DNA from: Alphaproteobacteria bacterium
GTDB taxonomy: Bacteria; Pseudomonadota; Alphaproteobacteria; UBA828
Direction: 5' to 3'
DNA length: 64,000 bases
Assembly (NCBI GenBank): GCA_965214705.1
Contig: OZ243972.1
Location: 3,648,001 to 3,712,000, forward strand
Shown here: piece by piece, positions 10,049 to 19,732 of the stretch
Layout: every line of letters starts with the position of its first letter
Position numbering within the stretch: the first letter of the stretch is position 1
The notes under the pieces: generated by a model
Told to the model about the DNA's origin: nothing
The model's input: the letters and a program-made list of their open reading frames with translations, nothing else
The model's database searches: none
Translations under genes and position numbers: made by a program

Positions 10049-10136
10049 CGACGTCCACTCCTCTGGTTAGCGCGCTGCGACTCCTTGAAGGCGCGACGCC
10101 GGAAGATGCCTCAACCGGCGCCGCGTTTCCAGTCCC

Positions 10137-10931
10137 TTACTCGGCGGCCTGATGCAGCGTCGGCGCCGGGGTCAGCGGCTCCAGCGTATAGCCGTGTTCC
10201 GAGAGGGTCGCGCCGATGGTGGTGGCGAGATCGACCGCGTTCGGCCCGTCGCCGTGCAGGCAGATGCTGCGCGCCGAGATCGGCACCCGCGCACCGTCGA
10301 TGCTGAGCGTGTTGCCGGTCTCCAGGAAGAGCCCGAGCTTGTGCCGGGTGTCGTCCAAGTCCGCTCCTTCGTTTGAGCGCTTGAGCACCAGCGTGCCGTC
10401 ATCGTCGTAAGGCAGGTCGAAATAGAGCTCGCCCACCACGTCGATGCCCATACCGGCGGCGATCTTGGTGACCGCGTGGCGTTCCACCGGCGCGGGGTAG
10501 TACATCATCGGCTCGGGGCAGAGATCGATCACCGCGCGGGCGAAGGCCTCGCCCAGCGCCTCGTCGTCGTTGAGCATGCGATAGAGGGCGCCGTGGGGCT
10601 TGACGTGATGAAGCGCCATGCCGTTGGCCTCCAGCGCCGACTTCAGCGCGCCGGTCTGGTAGATCACGTAAGCGTAGAGCTCGTCTGACGTGATCGCCAT
10701 CACCCGGCGGCCGAAGCCCATGAGGTCCGGCAGTCCCGGATGGGAGCCCACGGCCACGCCGTTCTCCTTGGCGAGCGCGATGGTCTTCATCATGGTCATG
10801 GGGTCGCCGGCATGGAAGCCGCAGGCGACGTTCGCGGTGGTGATGTGGGGCATGAGCGCCTCGTCCGCCCCCATGACCCAGTTGCCGAAGCTCTCGCCGC
10901 AATCGATGTTGATGTCGAAGGTGCCGGCCAT
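10137..10931 (-). CDS. pxpA: LamB/YcsF family protein (5-oxoprolinase subunit A-like)
   Basis: DCGESFG, ANVACGFHAGDP, GFGRR, HVKPHGALY, ICLHGD. Confidence 0.9.
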   Translation of the reverse strand: MAGTFDINIDCGESFGNWVMGADEALMPHITTANVACGFHAGDPMTMMKTIALAKENGVAVGSHPGLPDLMGFGRRVMAITSDELYAYVIYQTGALKSALEANGMALHHVKPHGALYRMLNDDEALGEAFARAVIDLCPEPMMYYPAPVERHAVTKIAAGMGIDVVGELYFDLPYDDDGTLVLKRSNEGADLDDTRHKLGLFLETGNTLSIDGARVPISARSICLHGDGPNAVDLATTIGATLSEHGYTLEPLTPAPTLHQAAE

Positions 10932-11085
10932 GCCTCGATCTCCTCGTCAGGCGTGTGTCTCGCGCCATCATGCCCCGGTCCGGCGCCGGCGGGAAGGGTG
11001 AAGGGGGTGCCGCCGGTCGAGGCTGGCAGCCAGCGGCGGTTCTTGCTACAAGGGCGCCCGTTCCCCCGGATTATCGGTCTCAGGC

Positions 11086-11703
11086 ATGAGCCAGCCCACG
11101 CGCACGGCCCGCGTCGAGCGGGTTACCAAGGAGACGAGCATTACCGTCGCGGTCGATCTCGATGGGCGCGGCCGCTCGCAGATTGCCACGGGCATCGGCT
11201 TCCTCGATCACATGCTGGAGCAGCTCTCGCGCCACAGCCTGATCGATATCGAGTGCGCGGCGAAGGGCGATATAGACGTGACGCTGCACCACACGGTCGA
11301 GGACACCGGAATCACCATCGGCGAGGCCGTGAGCAAGGCCCTCGGCGAGCGGCGCGGCATCCGGCGCTATGGCAGTGCGGTGATCCCCATGGACGAGGCC
11401 TGCGCCAGGGTCTCGCTGGATGCGAGCAACCGGCCCTACCTGATCTGGCGGGTCACGTTCCAGAGGCCGCGCCTCGACGGCATGGATACCGAGCACTTCA
11501 AGGAGTGGTTTCAGGCGTTTGCGCAATCGGCGGGGCTCACGCTCCACGTCGAGGTCATGTACGGCGAGAACAGCCATCACATGATCGAGGCCTGCTACAA
11601 GAGCCTCGCGCGGGCGCTGCGCCAGGCGATCGAGCCCGACCCGCGCATGGCGGGCGAGGTGCCGTCCACCAAGGGCGTGCTCGGCGGCAGCCTGGAGGCT
11701 TGA
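11086..11703 (+). CDS. hisB: Imidazoleglycerol-phosphate dehydratase
   Basis: [34 protein letters not shown]. Confidence 0.97.
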   Translation: MSQPTRTARVERVTKETSITVAVDLDGRGRSQIATGIGFLDHMLEQLSRHSLIDIECAAKGDIDVTLHHTVEDTGITIGEAVSKALGERRGIRRYGSAVIPMDEACARVSLDASNRPYLIWRVTFQRPRLDGMDTEHFKEWFQAFAQSAGLTLHVEVMYGENSHHMIEACYKSLARALRQAIEPDPRMAGEVPSTKGVLGGSLEA

Positions 11704-11706
11704 GAC

Positions 11707-12183
11707 GTGCGCTTCTACACGGTCCACATTCCGGCCGGCGGGGAAGGCGGAGACGAAAGCGCGCTTGGCCACGCCGTGCTCGTGCGCGAAGGCTTCAACT
11801 GGCTCGCGTTCTTCTTCGCGCCGTTCTGGGCGCTTGCGGAGGGGTTGTGGCTTGCCGCCCCGGTGCTGATCGTGGCGCTCGGGGCGATCGTCGCGGTGCC
11901 CCTGGTGCTGGGCCTCGGGCCGGTCCTGCCCGTGGTGCTGGGCCTCGGCTATGCGGTGCTCGTCGGCCTATCGGCTAACGACCTGCGCCGGGCCGGGCTG
12001 GCCGGTCGCGGCTATCGGCTAGCCGAGGTGGTGGCGGCGCCGAGCCGCGCGCACGCGCTCATCCGCTACGCCGAGGCCATGACTCCGGCGCCGGCTTCGC
12101 GGCCGGCATGGGCGGCCGCCGGCGCCGCCCCGATGCCGTTCGGCCCGCGCGATCGCGATCCGAACCCCGGCTTCTGGAGCTGA
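11707..12183 (+). CDS. DUF2628-like membrane protein
   Basis: VREGFNWLAFFF, hydrophobic core, RGYRL; usual position between hisB and hisH. Confidence 0.75.
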   Translation: MRFYTVHIPAGGEGGDESALGHAVLVREGFNWLAFFFAPFWALAEGLWLAAPVLIVALGAIVAVPLVLGLGPVLPVVLGLGYAVLVGLSANDLRRAGLAGRGYRLAEVVAAPSRAHALIRYAEAMTPAPASRPAWAAAGAAPMPFGPRDRDPNPGFWS

Positions 12184-12189
12184 GACGCC

Positions 12190-12834
12190 GTGACCACCGC
12201 GATCATCGACTATGGCTCGGGCAATCTGCGCTCCGCCGCCAAGGCGTTCGAGCGGGCCGCGGCTGATGCCACGCCGGCCGAGCCGGTGCTGGTGACCGAC
12301 GACCCCGACCGGGTGCGGGAGGCCGACCGCATCGTGCTGCCGGGTGTTGGTGCCTTCGCCGACTGCAAGGCCGGGCTCGCCGCCCGAAGGGGCATGATCG
12401 AGGCGCTGGAGGACGCGGTGCTACGACGCGGCATGCCCTTCCTCGGCATCTGCGTAGGCATGCAGCTCATGGCGCGCGTGGGACACGAGCACGGCGAGCA
12501 CGAGGGGCTCGGCTGGCTCGACGGCGAGGTGGGGCCGCTCACGCCCGAGGACGAGGCGCTGAAGGTCCCTCACATGGGATGGAACGATCTCGCTCTGGAA
12601 GGCAAGACGCATCCGGTGCTCAAGGGCCTGCCCGGCGATGCCCATGCCTATTTCGTGCACAGCTACGGGTTGACCTGCCGCAAGCCCGGCGATGTGTTCG
12701 CCACCGTGGACTATGGCGGCCCGGTCACCGCGGTCGCGGGCCGCGACAACATGGTGGGCACGCAGTTTCATCCGGAGAAGAGCCAAGAGGTGGGCCTGAC
12801 CGTGATCGGTAACTTCCTTCGGTGGCAGCCATGA
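12190..12834 (+). CDS. hisH: Imidazole glycerol phosphate synthase, glutaminase subunit
   Basis: [37 protein letters not shown]. Confidence 0.97.
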   Translation: MTTAIIDYGSGNLRSAAKAFERAAADATPAEPVLVTDDPDRVREADRIVLPGVGAFADCKAGLAARRGMIEALEDAVLRRGMPFLGICVGMQLMARVGHEHGEHEGLGWLDGEVGPLTPEDEALKVPHMGWNDLALEGKTHPVLKGLPGDAHAYFVHSYGLTCRKPGDVFATVDYGGPVTAVAGRDNMVGTQFHPEKSQEVGLTVIGNFLRWQP

Positions 12835-13403
12835 GCCAGCTCGCGACAGTCGGACCCCGCATCGAGGTCGGCACGGTCGAGCGGCTGCGCAAGCGCGAGC
12901 TTGCCGAGCTCTGCGAGGCCGCCGCCGCCGCGATCAACGACGGCGCCGGATTCGGCTGGGTGCGCCCGCCCCAGCCCGCCGCCTTCGAGCGCTACTGGCG
13001 CGGCGTGACCGTGGTGCCCGAGCGGCTGCTCTTCATCGGCCGCATGGACGGCGTGGTGGCGGGGTCGGTCCAGCTCGTGTCGGCACCGCCCCAGAAGGAG
13101 GCCTGGCGCCTCTCCTGCCTCATCGACACGCACTTCGTGGCGCCCTGGGCGCGCGGGCACGGCCTCGCACGGCGGCTGCTGGAGGCGGCCGAGGCGGAAG
13201 CGCGCGCACGCGGCTACAAGGTGGTGAACCTGAGTGTGCGCGAGACCCAGGAGGCCGCCATCGCGCTCTACGAATCTTTGGGTTTCGAGCGCTGGGGCAC
13301 GCATCCCAAGTACGCGTTCGTGGACGGCGAGCCGATCGCCGGCCACTACTACTGCAAGGACCTGACCGATCTGACGGACGCGCCGCCGGACGCGGCGCCG
13401 TGA
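12831..13403 (+). CDS. GNAT family N-acetyltransferase
   Basis: [26 protein letters not shown]; overlaps hisH and hisA by 4 nt each. Confidence 0.88.
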   Translation: MSQLATVGPRIEVGTVERLRKRELAELCEAAAAAINDGAGFGWVRPPQPAAFERYWRGVTVVPERLLFIGRMDGVVAGSVQLVSAPPQKEAWRLSCLIDTHFVAPWARGHGLARRLLEAAEAEARARGYKVVNLSVRETQEAAIALYESLGFERWGTHPKYAFVDGEPIAGHYYCKDLTDLTDAPPDAAP

Positions 13404-14125
13404 TCCTCTTCCCCGCGATCGACCTCAAGGACGGCGCTTGCGTCAGGCTCGTGCAGGGCGACATGGCACGGGCCACGGTGTTCTCGAACGATCCCCCGGC
13501 GCAGGCGCGGGCCTTCGAGGCGGCGGGCTTCGCCTGGCTCCACATCGTCGATCTGGACGGTGCGTTCGCCGGCAAGCCGGTCAACGGCGATGCGGTCGAA
13601 GCCATCCTCGCGGCGGTCGATCTCCCGGTCCAGCTCGGCGGCGGCATCAGGGACATGGCGACAATCGAGGCGTGGCTGGGGGCCGGCGTGCAGCGGGTGA
13701 TCCTAGGCACCGTGGCAGTGCGCGATCCCGAGCTGGTGCGCGATGCCTGCCGGGCCTTCCCCGGCCGGATCGCGGTCGGCATCGACGCGCGCGACGGGCG
13801 CGTGGCGGTGGAAGGCTGGGCCGAGACGGTGGACATGGAGGCGCTGGAGCTGGCGCGCCGTTTCGAGGATGCCGGTGCCGCCGCGATCATCCACACCGAC
13901 ATCGCGCGCGACGGGGCGCTGGAGGGCGTTGCCGCCGCGGCAACCGGGGCGCTGGCGCGGGCGCTGGAAACACCGGTCATCGCGTCCGGCGGCGTCGCCT
14001 CTCACGCCGACCTCGAAGCGCTCAAGCCGTACGAGGCGGACGGGGTCTGCGGTGTGATCTGCGGCCGGGCGCTCTACGACGGGCGCATCGACCCGGCGCA
14101 GGCGCTGGCGCTGCTCGCCGCCTGA
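13400..14125 (+). CDS. hisA: ProFAR isomerase
   Basis: [35 protein letters not shown]. Confidence 0.97.
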   Translation: MILFPAIDLKDGACVRLVQGDMARATVFSNDPPAQARAFEAAGFAWLHIVDLDGAFAGKPVNGDAVEAILAAVDLPVQLGGGIRDMATIEAWLGAGVQRVILGTVAVRDPELVRDACRAFPGRIAVGIDARDGRVAVEGWAETVDMEALELARRFEDAGAAAIIHTDIARDGALEGVAAAATGALARALETPVIASGGVASHADLEALKPYEADGVCGVICGRALYDGRIDPAQALALLAA

Positions 14126-14149
14126 ACCCGCCGGCCGCGGCTCCGCGCC

Positions 14150-14905
14150 ATGCTGAAGATGCGCGTCATCCCGTGCCTCGACGTCCACGCCGGGCGGGTG
14201 GTGAAGGGCGTGAACTTCGTCGATCTGGTGGACGCCGGAGACCCGGTGGAGCAGGCCAGGATCTACGACGAGCAGGGGGCGGACGAGCTCTGCTTCCTGG
14301 ACATCACTGCCTCCCATGAGCAGCGCGAGACCATCTACGACGTCGTTGCCGGCACCGCCGAGGTCTGCTTCATGCCGCTCACCGTGGGCGGCGGGGTGCG
14401 CACCATCGAGGATGTCCGCGCGCTGCTGCTGGCGGGCGCCGACAAGGTCTCGATCAACACGGCGGCCGTCCACAACCCGGCGTTCGTGGCCGAGGCGGCG
14501 GAGAAATTCGGCACCCAGTGCATTGTCGTCGCCATTGACGCCAAGCGGGTCGAAGGCGGCTTCGAGATCTTCACCCACGGCGGGCGCAAGCCGACGGGGA
14601 TCGAGGCCATCGGGTGGGCCCGGCGCATGGCGGACGCGGGCGCCGGTGAAATCCTGCTGACCTCGATGGACCGGGACGGCACCCGCGTCGGTTTCGATCT
14701 CGAACTGACGCGCGCCGTGGCGGACGCGGTGACGATCCCGGTGATCGCGTCGGGCGGCGTCGGCACGCTGGATCATTTGGTGGAGGGCATCCGCGACGGC
14801 CACGCGACGGCGGTGCTGGCGGCCTCGATCTTCCATTTCGGTGAGCACTCCATCGGCGAGGCGAAGGCGCACATGCGCGCCGCCGGCATCCCCATGCGGC
14901 CATGA
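14150..14905 (+). CDS. hisF: Imidazole glycerol phosphate synthase, cyclase subunit
   Basis: [36 protein letters not shown]. Confidence 0.97.
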   Translation: MLKMRVIPCLDVHAGRVVKGVNFVDLVDAGDPVEQARIYDEQGADELCFLDITASHEQRETIYDVVAGTAEVCFMPLTVGGGVRTIEDVRALLLAGADKVSINTAAVHNPAFVAEAAEKFGTQCIVVAIDAKRVEGGFEIFTHGGRKPTGIEAIGWARRMADAGAGEILLTSMDRDGTRVGFDLELTRAVADAVTIPVIASGGVGTLDHLVEGIRDGHATAVLAASIFHFGEHSIGEAKAHMRAAGIPMRP

Positions 14906-14958
14906 CGGCGCGAACGAATTCTGTTAACCAGACGCGCTGAACGGGACGGGGCGGCAGG

Positions 14959-15306
14959 ATGAAGAGTGCGCAGGCCGGCGACGTTATCGAAGAGCTGTAC
15001 GGCGTGATCGAGCAACGCAAGGGCGGTGACCCGGAGACCTCCTACGTCGCACGCACACTCGCGCGCGGCCAGGAGCATGTCGCGAAGAAGGTGGGGGAAG
15101 AGGGCGTCGAGGTGGCGCTCGCAGGCGCCCTTGGCGACAGGAAGGGCCTCGTCTCCGAGAGCGCGGACCTGCTGTTCCACCTTCTGGTCCTGTGGTCGGC
15201 CGCAGGCGTCAAGCCGGCCGAGGTGTTCGGCGAGCTCTCGAAGAGGCGCGGCGTCTCGGGGCTGGCGCGCGAGGCGAGCAAAGGCAAGTCCGGGGACGAG
15301 CGATGA
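14959..15306 (+). CDS. hisE: Phosphoribosyl-ATP pyrophosphatase
   Basis: SYVA, KKVGEEGVE, ESADLLFHLLV. Confidence 0.93.
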   Translation: MKSAQAGDVIEELYGVIEQRKGGDPETSYVARTLARGQEHVAKKVGEEGVEVALAGALGDRKGLVSESADLLFHLLVLWSAAGVKPAEVFGELSKRRGVSGLAREASKGKSGDER

Positions 15307-15665
15307 GCTACGACGACAGCAACATATTCGCCAAGATCCTGCGCGGCGAAATCCCGAACGACACCGTCTACGAGGATGATGCCGTTCTCGCCTTTCGCGA
15401 CATCTCGCCGCAGGCGCCGGTGCACGTGCTGGTGATCCCGAAAGGGTCGTATATCTCGCTCGACGATTTCACGCAGAAGGCCTCGGCCGGGGAGGTGGGG
15501 CGCTTCTTCAAGACCGTGGGCGAGATCGCCCGCTCGCTCGGGCTCGAGCAGGAGGGCTTCCGCACCATCGCCAACACCGGCGTCAACGGCGGCCAGGAAG
15601 TGCCGCACTTCCACGTTCACCTCTGCGGCGGCCGGCGCCTGGGGCGCATGATCGCCAAGGACTGA
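15303..15665 (+). CDS. hinT: HIT family nucleotide-binding protein
   Basis: NIFAKILRGEIP, PQAPVHVLVIPK, QEVPHFHVH. Confidence 0.92.
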   Translation: MSYDDSNIFAKILRGEIPNDTVYEDDAVLAFRDISPQAPVHVLVIPKGSYISLDDFTQKASAGEVGRFFKTVGEIARSLGLEQEGFRTIANTGVNGGQEVPHFHVHLCGGRRLGRMIAKD

Positions 15666-15698
15666 TCGCGGCCGGGCCGTCTCGCTCGGCGCCTCCCC

Positions 15699-17219
15699 TT
15701 ATCCGTACGGGCCGATACGGCGGTAGGAGAGCGCTTCCGCGATATGCCGGCGCGCGACGGTCTCGGCGCTGCCCAAGTCCGCAATCGTGCGCGCGACCTT
15801 GAGCACGCGATGATGGCCGCGCGCCGAGAGCCTGAGCCGGTCGGTCGCCTCGGCGAGCAGCTCCCGTCCGCCCTCGTCCGGGGTCGCGATTCGGGTCAGC
15901 AACTCGCCTTCGGCCTCGGCATTGGTGCGCACGTCGGGCGGCGCATCCACGGCGCGAAAGCGCACCCGCTGGGCCGCGCGGGCGGCCGCGACCCGCGCTG
16001 CGACCTCGTGCGAGCCCTCTGCGGGCGGCGGCAGCGTGAGGTCGGCGGCCGAAAGCTCCGGCACCTCGACATGGAGGTCGATGCGGTCGTAGAGGGGGCC
16101 CGAGATGCGCGCCTGGTAGTCCTGCGCGCAGCGCGGCGCGCGGGTGCAGGCGCGCGCGGGGTCCGACAGGTAACCGCAGCGGCACGGGTTCATCGCGGCG
16201 ACGAGCTGGAAGCGCGCGGGATAGCGCACGTGGGCGTTGGCGCGGGCGACCGCCACCGCGCCGCTCTCGATGGGCTGGCGCAGCGCGTCGAGGACGGGAC
16301 GGGGAAACTCGGGCAGCTCGTCCAGGAACAGGACCCCGAGGTGGGCGAGCGAGACCTCGCCGGGGCTGGCGTGGACGCCGCCGCCCACCATCGCCGCCAT
16401 CGAGGCTGAATGGTGTGGATCGCGGAAGGGCCGGCTGCGCGTGAGGCCGTTGTCTCCGAGGAGGCCCGCGACCGAGGCGATCATGCTGACGCTCAACGCC
16501 TCCTCGGGCGCGAGCGGCGGGAGGATGCCGGGCAGGCGCGAGGCCAGCATCGACTTGCCGGTGCCGGGCGGGCCGATCATGAGCAGATTGTGGCCGCCGG
16601 CAGCGGCCACTTCGAGGGCACGCTTGGCGGTCTCCTGCCCCTTGATGTCGCGGAGGTCGGAATAGCGCGGGGGCGCGGCGAGTGCCGCCGCCTTGGGCGG
16701 TGCCTGCAGCTGCGTTCCCTTGAAGTGGTTGATGAGCGCCAGCAGGTCGGCGGGCGCAACGACCTCGCCGCCACCGGCCCAGGCGGCCTCCGTGCCGTTG
16801 GCCGCCGGGCAGATCAGCCCGCGCTCGCGCGCGTTTGCGCCGATGGCGGCCGGCAGTACGCCCGCCACCGGTATCAGCGCGCCGTCGAGACCGAGTTCGC
16901 CGAGCGCGACATAGGTGCCGAGATCCTCCGCCGACAGCACCTCCATCGCCGTCAGCAGCCCGAGCGCAATTGGCAAATCGAAGTGGCTGCCCTCCTTCTG
17001 CATGTCCGCCGGCGCGAGGTTCACGATGATCCGCCTTGCCGGCAACGCCAGCCCGAGACCGGCGAGCGCGCCGCGCACCCGCTCCCGGCTCTCCGCCACC
17101 GCCTTGTCGGGAAGGCCCACCACCATGAACGCGGGCATGCCCCCGCCGATATGTACCTGCACGTCGACCGGCAACGCCTCGATGCCCTGGAAGGCGACGG
17201 TCTCGACGTGGGCAACCAT
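15699..17219 (-). CDS. comM: YifB/ComM Mg-chelatase-like AAA+ ATPase
   Basis: VGLPDKAVAESRERV, NLAPAD, GPPGTGKS, FLDELPEF, AMNPCRCG. Confidence 0.92.
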   Translation of the reverse strand: MVAHVETVAFQGIEALPVDVQVHIGGGMPAFMVVGLPDKAVAESRERVRGALAGLGLALPARRIIVNLAPADMQKEGSHFDLPIALGLLTAMEVLSAEDLGTYVALGELGLDGALIPVAGVLPAAIGANARERGLICPAANGTEAAWAGGGEVVAPADLLALINHFKGTQLQAPPKAAALAAPPRYSDLRDIKGQETAKRALEVAAAGGHNLLMIGPPGTGKSMLASRLPGILPPLAPEEALSVSMIASVAGLLGDNGLTRSRPFRDPHHSASMAAMVGGGVHASPGEVSLAHLGVLFLDELPEFPRPVLDALRQPIESGAVAVARANAHVRYPARFQLVAAMNPCRCGYLSDPARACTRAPRCAQDYQARISGPLYDRIDLHVEVPELSAADLTLPPPAEGSHEVAARVAAARAAQRVRFRAVDAPPDVRTNAEAEGELLTRIATPDEGGRELLAEATDRLRLSARGHHRVLKVARTIADLGSAETVARRHIAEALSYRRIGPYG

Positions 17220-17372
17220 GGGGCAACTCTGGACTGACTCACCCGCTCGATGACTGGCGGGCGCACGTGCTCGTCCGGTTTCATATCAGAATCGGTATGA
17301 TTGCGCAGCTTCCACGGAAGACGGGTGAGTTCGATGCTGGTCCGGCGGCGGGGCGGCGGCTATGCTCGCGCC

Positions 17373-18074
17373 ATGCCGGGGACCGTCGAACGCTGGGGCG
17401 CAAGTACCGATCTCGCCGTGCTGGACCGGCTGGTGCCGGCGCACGGTCGTTCGCTCATCGATGTCGGTTGCGGCGGCGGCGCGCTGGCCCGTGCGCTGGC
17501 CGAGCGCGGTGCAACGGTACTGGGCGTCGAGCCGGACCCGGTTCAGGCGAAGCGCAATCGCGCGGCCCCGGAGACCGAAGGCGTGACCTTCGTCGAGGGG
17601 CGGGCCGAGTCGCTTCCGGCAGACGACGGTTCGGTCGACGGGGTGATCTTCGGGCGCTCCCTGCATCACGTGCCGCAAGCAGCCATGCGCCCCGCGCTGG
17701 CCGAGGCGCGCCGCGTGCTCGCACCGGGCGGCTTCGTCTACGTGATGGAGCCGGTGATGGAGGGGCCGTTCTCGGCGGTCATCAAGCCCTTCCACGACGA
17801 GACCGAGGTCCGCGAACAGGCGCGCGAGGCGGTGCGCGAGTCGGCGCCGCGCTTCGCCCGCGCGCGCGAGGTCCACTACGAGATCGAGCGGCGCTTCGAG
17901 AGCCACGACGAGTTCGTCGAGCTCTTCTCTGGCCTGACCTACAACAGCTATGGCGCCGATGCGGTGCGGAGCGAGACCGTAAGGCGCCTGTTCGAGGCCG
18001 GCCGCACGGACGCCGGCGATTACGCCTTCGTGCAACCGATGCGGGTCGATCTGCTCTTCGCCGACTCCGAATGA
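17373..18074 (+). CDS. Class I SAM-dependent methyltransferase
   Basis: LIDVGCGGG, AESLP, SLHHV, RVLAPGG; start uncertain. Confidence 0.85.
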   Translation: MPGTVERWGASTDLAVLDRLVPAHGRSLIDVGCGGGALARALAERGATVLGVEPDPVQAKRNRAAPETEGVTFVEGRAESLPADDGSVDGVIFGRSLHHVPQAAMRPALAEARRVLAPGGFVYVMEPVMEGPFSAVIKPFHDETEVREQAREAVRESAPRFARAREVHYEIERRFESHDEFVELFSGLTYNSYGADAVRSETVRRLFEAGRTDAGDYAFVQPMRVDLLFADSE

Positions 18075-19531
18075 GCGACGCCAGCGCTCTCGCGCTCATT
18101 TCCGTTGCTGAGATGTATGAGGCCGACGCGGCGGCGGCACGCGCGGGCACGCCGGGGCTCACGCTGATGGAGAACGCCGGCCGGGCGGTGGCGGACGCTA
18201 TTGTGCGGCGGTGGGGGACGCGGCCGGTGGCGGTCCTCTGCGGCCCCGGCAACAACGGCGGCGATGGGTTCGTCGTGGCCCGACTGCTGGCGGAGGCCGG
18301 TTGGCCGGTGCGGCTCGGGCTCCTGGGCGCCCGAGAACGCCTCAAGGGCGACGCTGCAGCCATGGCCGAACGGTGGGAGCACCCGGTCGCGCCGCTCGAT
18401 CCGGCGCTGCTCGAGGGCGAGCCGCTGGCGGTCGATGCGCTGTTCGGCGCCGGGCTGACGCGACCGCTCGAGGGCGTGGCGCTGGCGCTCGCGGAGGCGT
18501 GCACCGGGCGCGATCTGCCCTGCGTCGCGGTCGACATCCCGAGCGGCGTCCACGGCGACACCGGCGAAGTCCTGGGCGGGAGCTTCGAGGCGGCGGTGAC
18601 CGTGACCTTCGCCCGGCGCAAGTACGGGCACCTGCTGTTGCCGGGGCGCGCGCGCGCCGGCGAAGTAGTGGTTGCCGACATCGGCATTCCGGAGGCGGCG
18701 ATCGACGAGCTGGCGCTTCGGGTGCATGAGAACGCGCCGGCGCTCTGGCAAGGGCTGATGCCCGGCCCCGAAGCGGTCGATCACAAGTACAGCCGCGGCC
18801 ATGCGCTCGTGGTGGGCGGCGACGGCGCGCATTCCGGCGCGGCGCGGCTCGCGGCGCGCGCGGCGCTCCGCGTGGGCGCCGGTCTGGTCACGGTCCACGC
18901 GCCCGAAGCTGCGTTGCCCGTCTATGCGTCCCAGTTATCCGCCGTCATGGTGGCATCCCTGGACGATCTGGGGGCGGCGCTTGCCGACGAGCGCCGCAAC
19001 GCGCTGCTGGTCGGCCCCGGCTGCGGCGTGAGCCCCGCGACCCGCGCAAGGACGCTCCAGGCGCTCGGCGCGGGAAAGCGCTGCGTGCTGGACGCCGACG
19101 CGCTCACCGCGTTTCAGGAGGAGCCAGCCGCGCTCTTCGCGGCCCTCGGGCCCAATGCGGTGCTGACCCCGCACGAGGGCGAGTACCGGCGTCTCTTCGC
19201 CCACGAGGGCGACAAGCTCTCCCGTGCCCGTGCCGCAGCGGTGGAGTGCGGGGCCGTGGTGGTTCTGAAAGGCGCGGATTCCGTGATCGCGGCGCCCGAC
19301 GGCAGCGCGGCGATCAATGCCAATGCGCCGCCGACCCTGGCGACGGCGGGCTCGGGCGACGTGCTGGCCGGCTTCATTCTCGGCCTGCTGGCGCAGGGGA
19401 TGCCGGCGTTCGAGGCTGCCGCTGCGGGAGTTTGGCTGCACGGCGCCGCGGCGGCCGCTTTCGGCCCCGGTTTGATCGCCGAGGACCTGAGCGAATCGCT
19501 GCCGGATGTGCTCCGAGACCTGACACTATGA
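18071..19531 (+). CDS. nnr: Bifunctional NAD(P)H-hydrate epimerase/dehydratase (YjeF)
   Basis: LMENAG, CGPGNNGGDG, VDIPSG, HKYSRG, LTPHEGE, LATAGSGDVLAG. Confidence 0.94.
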   Translation: MSDASALALISVAEMYEADAAAARAGTPGLTLMENAGRAVADAIVRRWGTRPVAVLCGPGNNGGDGFVVARLLAEAGWPVRLGLLGARERLKGDAAAMAERWEHPVAPLDPALLEGEPLAVDALFGAGLTRPLEGVALALAEACTGRDLPCVAVDIPSGVHGDTGEVLGGSFEAAVTVTFARRKYGHLLLPGRARAGEVVVADIGIPEAAIDELALRVHENAPALWQGLMPGPEAVDHKYSRGHALVVGGDGAHSGAARLAARAALRVGAGLVTVHAPEAALPVYASQLSAVMVASLDDLGAALADERRNALLVGPGCGVSPATRARTLQALGAGKRCVLDADALTAFQEEPAALFAALGPNAVLTPHEGEYRRLFAHEGDKLSRARAAAVECGAVVVLKGADSVIAAPDGSAAINANAPPTLATAGSGDVLAGFILGLLAQGMPAFEAAAAGVWLHGAAAAAFGPGLIAEDLSESLPDVLRDLTL

Positions 19532-19667
19532 GCAGATGATGATTCCAGCGGTACAGGAGCGGGCGAGGCTGGAGGCACGAGCCACGTTATCCCTGGAGCT
19601 ATACTCGCAAATATCAACAAGTTAGTGGGTAGGTGCGAACCAAGGCGGGGTCCATACGCGTTCGCAA

Positions 19668-19696
19668 TTGACAGCCCCGGCGAACGTGGTCATGGT
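19668..19696 (+). promoter_or_regulatory. Putative sigma70-type promoter upstream of amt
   Basis: TTGACA-N17-CATGGT in an AT-enriched intergenic region. Confidence 0.5.
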
Positions 19697-19732
19697 TCAC
19701 AAAACCGTGAATTAGGGGACAGGGACCCGGCT

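Noticed and set aside
14911-14930. CtrA box before hisE
   Set aside because: Only one TTAACC half-site; no TTAA-N7-TTAA
17267-19531. 754-aa ORF suggesting an N-terminally extended Nnr
   Set aside because: Upstream part is an Arg/Gly-rich alternate frame of the methyltransferase; Nnr starts at ATG 18071
19560-19630. Sigma54 promoter or dif/att-like site upstream of amt
   Set aside because: GGCACG lacks a correctly spaced TTGC; the AT-rich ATATCAACAAGTTAG has no partner site or nearby integrase
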